From Candidatus Moraniibacteriota bacterium (GTDB taxonomy: Bacteria; Patescibacteriota; Minisyncoccia; Moranbacterales; UBA1568), in assembly GCA_030648835.1 (NCBI GenBank), contig JAUSGT010000002.1, positions 373,458-437,457 of the forward strand: 64,000 bases of DNA. The letters run 5' to 3'. The notes beneath the pieces are model-generated. The model did not search any database, had not been told where the DNA came from, and was given only the letters and a program-made list of their open reading frames with translations. Shown one piece after another: positions 61,017-64,000 of this stretch; position 1 is the stretch's first letter; the number at the start of each line of letters is the position of its first letter. The position numbers and the translations under genes are program-made.

Positions 61017-62717
61017 CTAGGATTCACTCACAAGTTTCCCACCGAGGAGATCCATCGCCTGGCTGACGAGGGGATTGAGAACAGCTTCATTAGCTGCACT
61101 AGCTTCGTTAGCTTTTGGAGCAGGAGTGTCTTCAACCACGATGCGGATTTTTATTTTTGATTTGAGTATCGTATCAAAGGCGGTAGCCAGTGTCAATTGA
61201 TTGGCGCGTTCATTCAAGCGTTCCTTGTGAAAAGGATATTTGACGGCGATAACGACGGTCGAACCGGTGGTCTCGATGGGACGGGAGGTAGAGAGGGCGA
61301 GGGAAAGCCCAGCATTCAACTGCTTGGCAGTATTGAGAATTATAGACCACTTCTCCTGTATAGTATCGAGAGAGATTGAATTTTGAACCTCTGAGGCTGT
61401 TGTTAATTTTTCTTTATCCTGATTCGTAATTCGTAACTCCTGCCCGTCCGCCAAAGCTTTAGCGACGGAGGGATTCTTTTTCGTAGTTGTTGCTGTTTTT
61501 GTTTCAACTTTTGGTGATTCTTTTTTAATGGTGGAAGGTATCGAAGGTTTTGACGGCACAGCCGGTGTGTGTGGCGGCTTACTGTTACCTGTTGATTGTT
61601 GATTGCCTGCCTGTCCGGTAGGCAGGTTGTCTGACAAAATCTTCACGATGGCGATCTGGAGGGGGAGTTCCGGGATGACGGAGGTTTTGCTCGTGACCTG
61701 GGCAATTTGGAAATATTCCAGCATCCGGACGACTTCCGCCGGCGAGAATATTTTTGCCAGTTCAAGGAGCGCTGTTTGTTGCTCGTCGGTGAGCAAATCC
61801 AGTTCGCTCGGGCCGTTCAGAGGGTCGGCGGAAACAAGCAGGAGATCGCGGAGGTAATGCAGGAGCGTGCCGGAGAATATTGAAAGGTCGGCACCGTCTT
61901 CCGAAAGCGAGCTTACGAAGCGGAGACTGGCGTAGAGTTCGCGCTGACCGATGAGCCTGAGAAGCGTAACGATACTTAACTTCTTGGTGGTGCCGAGGAC
62001 TTCGATGACCTTGTCCTCAGTGATGGGGGAGGCTTCGAGTGAGATGATCTGCATCAAGAGTGATTCTGCGTCCCGCATCCCGCCTTCGGCTGTAAGTGCG
62101 ATCATTTCGAGTGCCCCTCGGTCAATCTTCAGCTTTTCTTGTTTGGTGATCATTTCCAATTTTTCTATGATGCTTTTCACCGGGAAACGGGAAAGGTCAA
62201 AGCGCTGGCAGCGCGAAAGAATCGTGTCGGGGACTTTGTTGAGCGCCGTGGTGGCGAGGATAAAGATGACATGGGCCGGTGGTTCTTCCAGAGTTTTCAA
62301 GAGCGCGTTGAACGCCCCGATGGAGAGCATATGCACTTCATCGATGATATAAATCTTGTGTGAACCGAGGGTCGGCGGGAGGTTGGCTGTCTCGCGCAGT
62401 TCGCGGATATTGTCAACACCGGTATGTGAAGCCGCATCAATTTCGATGACATCAAACGAACGTCCTTCGGCCATGAGAACGCAGTGCTCGCATTTGTTGC
62501 AAGGTTCCGCGCCATGGCGGTTGGAACAATTAACGGCTTTGGCGAAGAGGCGTGCCAAGGTGGTCTTCCCGGTACCGCGCGGACCGGTCAGAAGATACGC
62601 CTGCCCGATTCGAGCCAGCTTGAGAGCGTTGGTGAGAGTGGTGACGACGTGTTTTTGTCCGACGACTTCGGCGAAGGTCTGCGGGCGGTATTTACGGTAG
62701 AGGGCGGTAGAGGACAT
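61017..62717 (-). CDS. dnaX: DNA polymerase III subunit gamma/tau
   Basis: LYRKYRPQTF, GPRGTGKT, EIDAAS, IDEVHML, SRC. Confidence 0.96.
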   Translation of the reverse strand: MSSTALYRKYRPQTFAEVVGQKHVVTTLTNALKLARIGQAYLLTGPRGTGKTTLARLFAKAVNCSNRHGAEPCNKCEHCVLMAEGRSFDVIEIDAASHTGVDNIRELRETANLPPTLGSHKIYIIDEVHMLSIGAFNALLKTLEEPPAHVIFILATTALNKVPDTILSRCQRFDLSRFPVKSIIEKLEMITKQEKLKIDRGALEMIALTAEGGMRDAESLLMQIISLEASPITEDKVIEVLGTTKKLSIVTLLRLIGQRELYASLRFVSSLSEDGADLSIFSGTLLHYLRDLLLVSADPLNGPSELDLLTDEQQTALLELAKIFSPAEVVRMLEYFQIAQVTSKTSVIPELPLQIAIVKILSDNLPTGQAGNQQSTGNSKPPHTPAVPSKPSIPSTIKKESPKVETKTATTTKKNPSVAKALADGQELRITNQDKEKLTTASEVQNSISLDTIQEKWSIILNTAKQLNAGLSLALSTSRPIETTGSTVVIAVKYPFHKERLNERANQLTLATAFDTILKSKIKIRIVVEDTPAPKANEASAANEAVLNPLVSQAMDLLGGKLVSES

Positions 62718-62734
62718 AGAGCAGGAGATAAAAA

Positions 62735-62856
62735 AATCAATTTACAATTATCAATTTTCAATGAATTTACAATGATTCAATATTTCAAAGATTATAGTAT
62801 TGTGACATTGCAATTTGAAAATTGATTGAAAATTGGAAATTGAACATTGAAAATTT
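62735..62856. repeat. heptamer-periodic hairpin (CAATTTT/AAATTG family); half copy at about 60975-61012
   Basis: caatttacaattatcaattttcaat occurs on both sides of dnaX; the inverted arm is attgaaaattggaaattgaacattgaaaatt. Confidence 0.65.
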
Positions 62857-62933
62857 ATACGTCCTCATTATACCCTTTCTTAGCCAAGAAAAAAAGCCTG
62901 AGAATATCAGGCTTTCAGACGATGAAAATGGGG

Positions 62934-63419
62934 TCATTTTTTAAAAACGAAGAATTTGTAACCGATAAAGTTCCAAATGAGAGAGACTCCGGTAGCCATC
63001 AGTTTGGCGATATTGGCCCAAAGGACAGCACTCAAACCGAAGAGCGGCGGAATGTAAGAAGTGATGCTTGTGAGTATCAATCCGTTGATAATGATGCCGA
63101 TGATACTGACGGCCAGAAATTGTGAGAATTTTATCGGTTCCTGCTGTGTTTTCGTTTTGTCTTGGAACGTCCAATGTTTGTTCATGAAGTAGCTGTTGAT
63201 AACAGCTACCGAAAAAGAAATACAATTCAAAATAAACAATTCGACACCGGCCGTGACGCCGGTGATATAGATGAGGATATTCAGGATAAAAAAATCAATG
63301 CCGGTGTTGATACCTCCGACAATAATGAATTTGGAAAACTGTTTGACCAGTTTTAAAAAAAGGCCTTGATCAGCAGGCATCGCCATGAGGGGAGAGTTCT
63401 CTATTATCTCATTGTTCAT
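62934..63419 (-). CDS. GtrA family protein
   Basis: KFIIVGGINTGID, NSYFMNKHWTF, WNFIGYKFFVF. Confidence 0.9.
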   Translation of the reverse strand: MNNEIIENSPLMAMPADQGLFLKLVKQFSKFIIVGGINTGIDFFILNILIYITGVTAGVELFILNCISFSVAVINSYFMNKHWTFQDKTKTQQEPIKFSQFLAVSIIGIIINGLILTSITSYIPPLFGLSAVLWANIAKLMATGVSLIWNFIGYKFFVFKK

Positions 63420-63441
63420 AAATGGTATGTGTTTTTATTCG

Positions 63442-64000
63442 TTAGGATGTTTGCTTGATTTCTTTTTCGATTTCTTCCATATCGCGTACCCAGGAGTCGA
63501 GCATATGTGTGTCGCCACGCGAGGGGGTATCGGCAGGCTTTATTATTTCAGATGCGATTGGAGATTTATCTTTCAATTCTTTTTTCCAACTGTTGATATT
63601 TTCATTCTCTTCTTCGGCTTTGGAGAGAGCCGATTGCCAGTCCTGGTGAGCACCTTTTTGGATGACATTCTCGATGGCTGCCCAGGTGGCGTCGAGACCG
63701 TGTGGGATGACGATAGCTACCTCATCGCCGGGAGCCGCCTTGAAATACGTAATGGAAGCCAAGAGGACACGGTATGGTTTGCCATTGGCGAGGATGTAGT
63801 AATTGCCGTTTTCATCCTGGGTTACGACGGCGATGGCATGGCGACGTTCGATTGGACCGATTTGCTTATAGAGAAAAGCACCATCCGCCGTGATGGTCAG
63901 TTTCAGCATATCGCCTTCGACAAGTTTGGATTTGGAGGCGTAATTTGCCGGCACGGGATATTGTTTGCCGTCTGTGCCAAGCATAATCTGACCATCGAAC
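63442..64000 (-). CDS. hypothetical protein (5' end lies outside the window)
   Basis: Frame runs to the window edge; YPVPANYASKSKLVEGD...YKQIGP. Confidence 0.65.
   Translation of the reverse strand, partial: FDGQIMLGTDGKQYPVPANYASKSKLVEGDMLKLTITADGAFLYKQIGPIERRHAIAVVTQDENGNYYILANGKPYRVLLASITYFKAAPGDEVAIVIPHGLDATWAAIENVIQKGAHQDWQSALSKAEEENENINSWKKELKDKSPIASEIIKPADTPSRGDTHMLDSWVRDMEEIEKEIKQTS

Overview
The window looks like chromosomal DNA of a Candidate Phyla Radiation (Patescibacteria/Parcubacteria-like) bacterium. This assignment is inferred from gene content and style, not from a database search. It has two parts. (1) About 1-14.75 kb is a visibly AT-rich accessory/defence island. It holds a Zn-ribbon + PD-(D/E)xK-like protein, a tyrosine recombinase, three copies of a 94-174 bp direct repeat, mltG, a restriction-modification pair coupled to an SDH/ClpP-class protease, and two more HEPN-like ORFs. 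Its most notable feature is a translationally coupled operon: a Cys-rich surface protein, a 2TM/coiled-coil/Swt1-like HEPN protein, and a compact 490-aa prokaryotic Argonaute with no recognisable PAZ domain that keeps an apparently intact DEDD catalytic tetrad. (2) About 14.8-64 kb is core genome: gpsA, comF, clpC, a type IV pilus cluster, ligA, gatCAB, secE-nusG-rplK-rplA, a dTTP cluster, miaA, dnaE, rnhB, rpmF, nusB, rnc, a short smc, rpsP, rplJL, cfa, pyrB, tRNA-Gln and dnaX. This part is sprinkled with several families of small palindromic and heptamer-repeat elements, some inserted in frame inside conserved housekeeping genes. It also has a candidate structured ncRNA between rnhB and rpmF. 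All calls come from motif recognition by eye; no searches were run.
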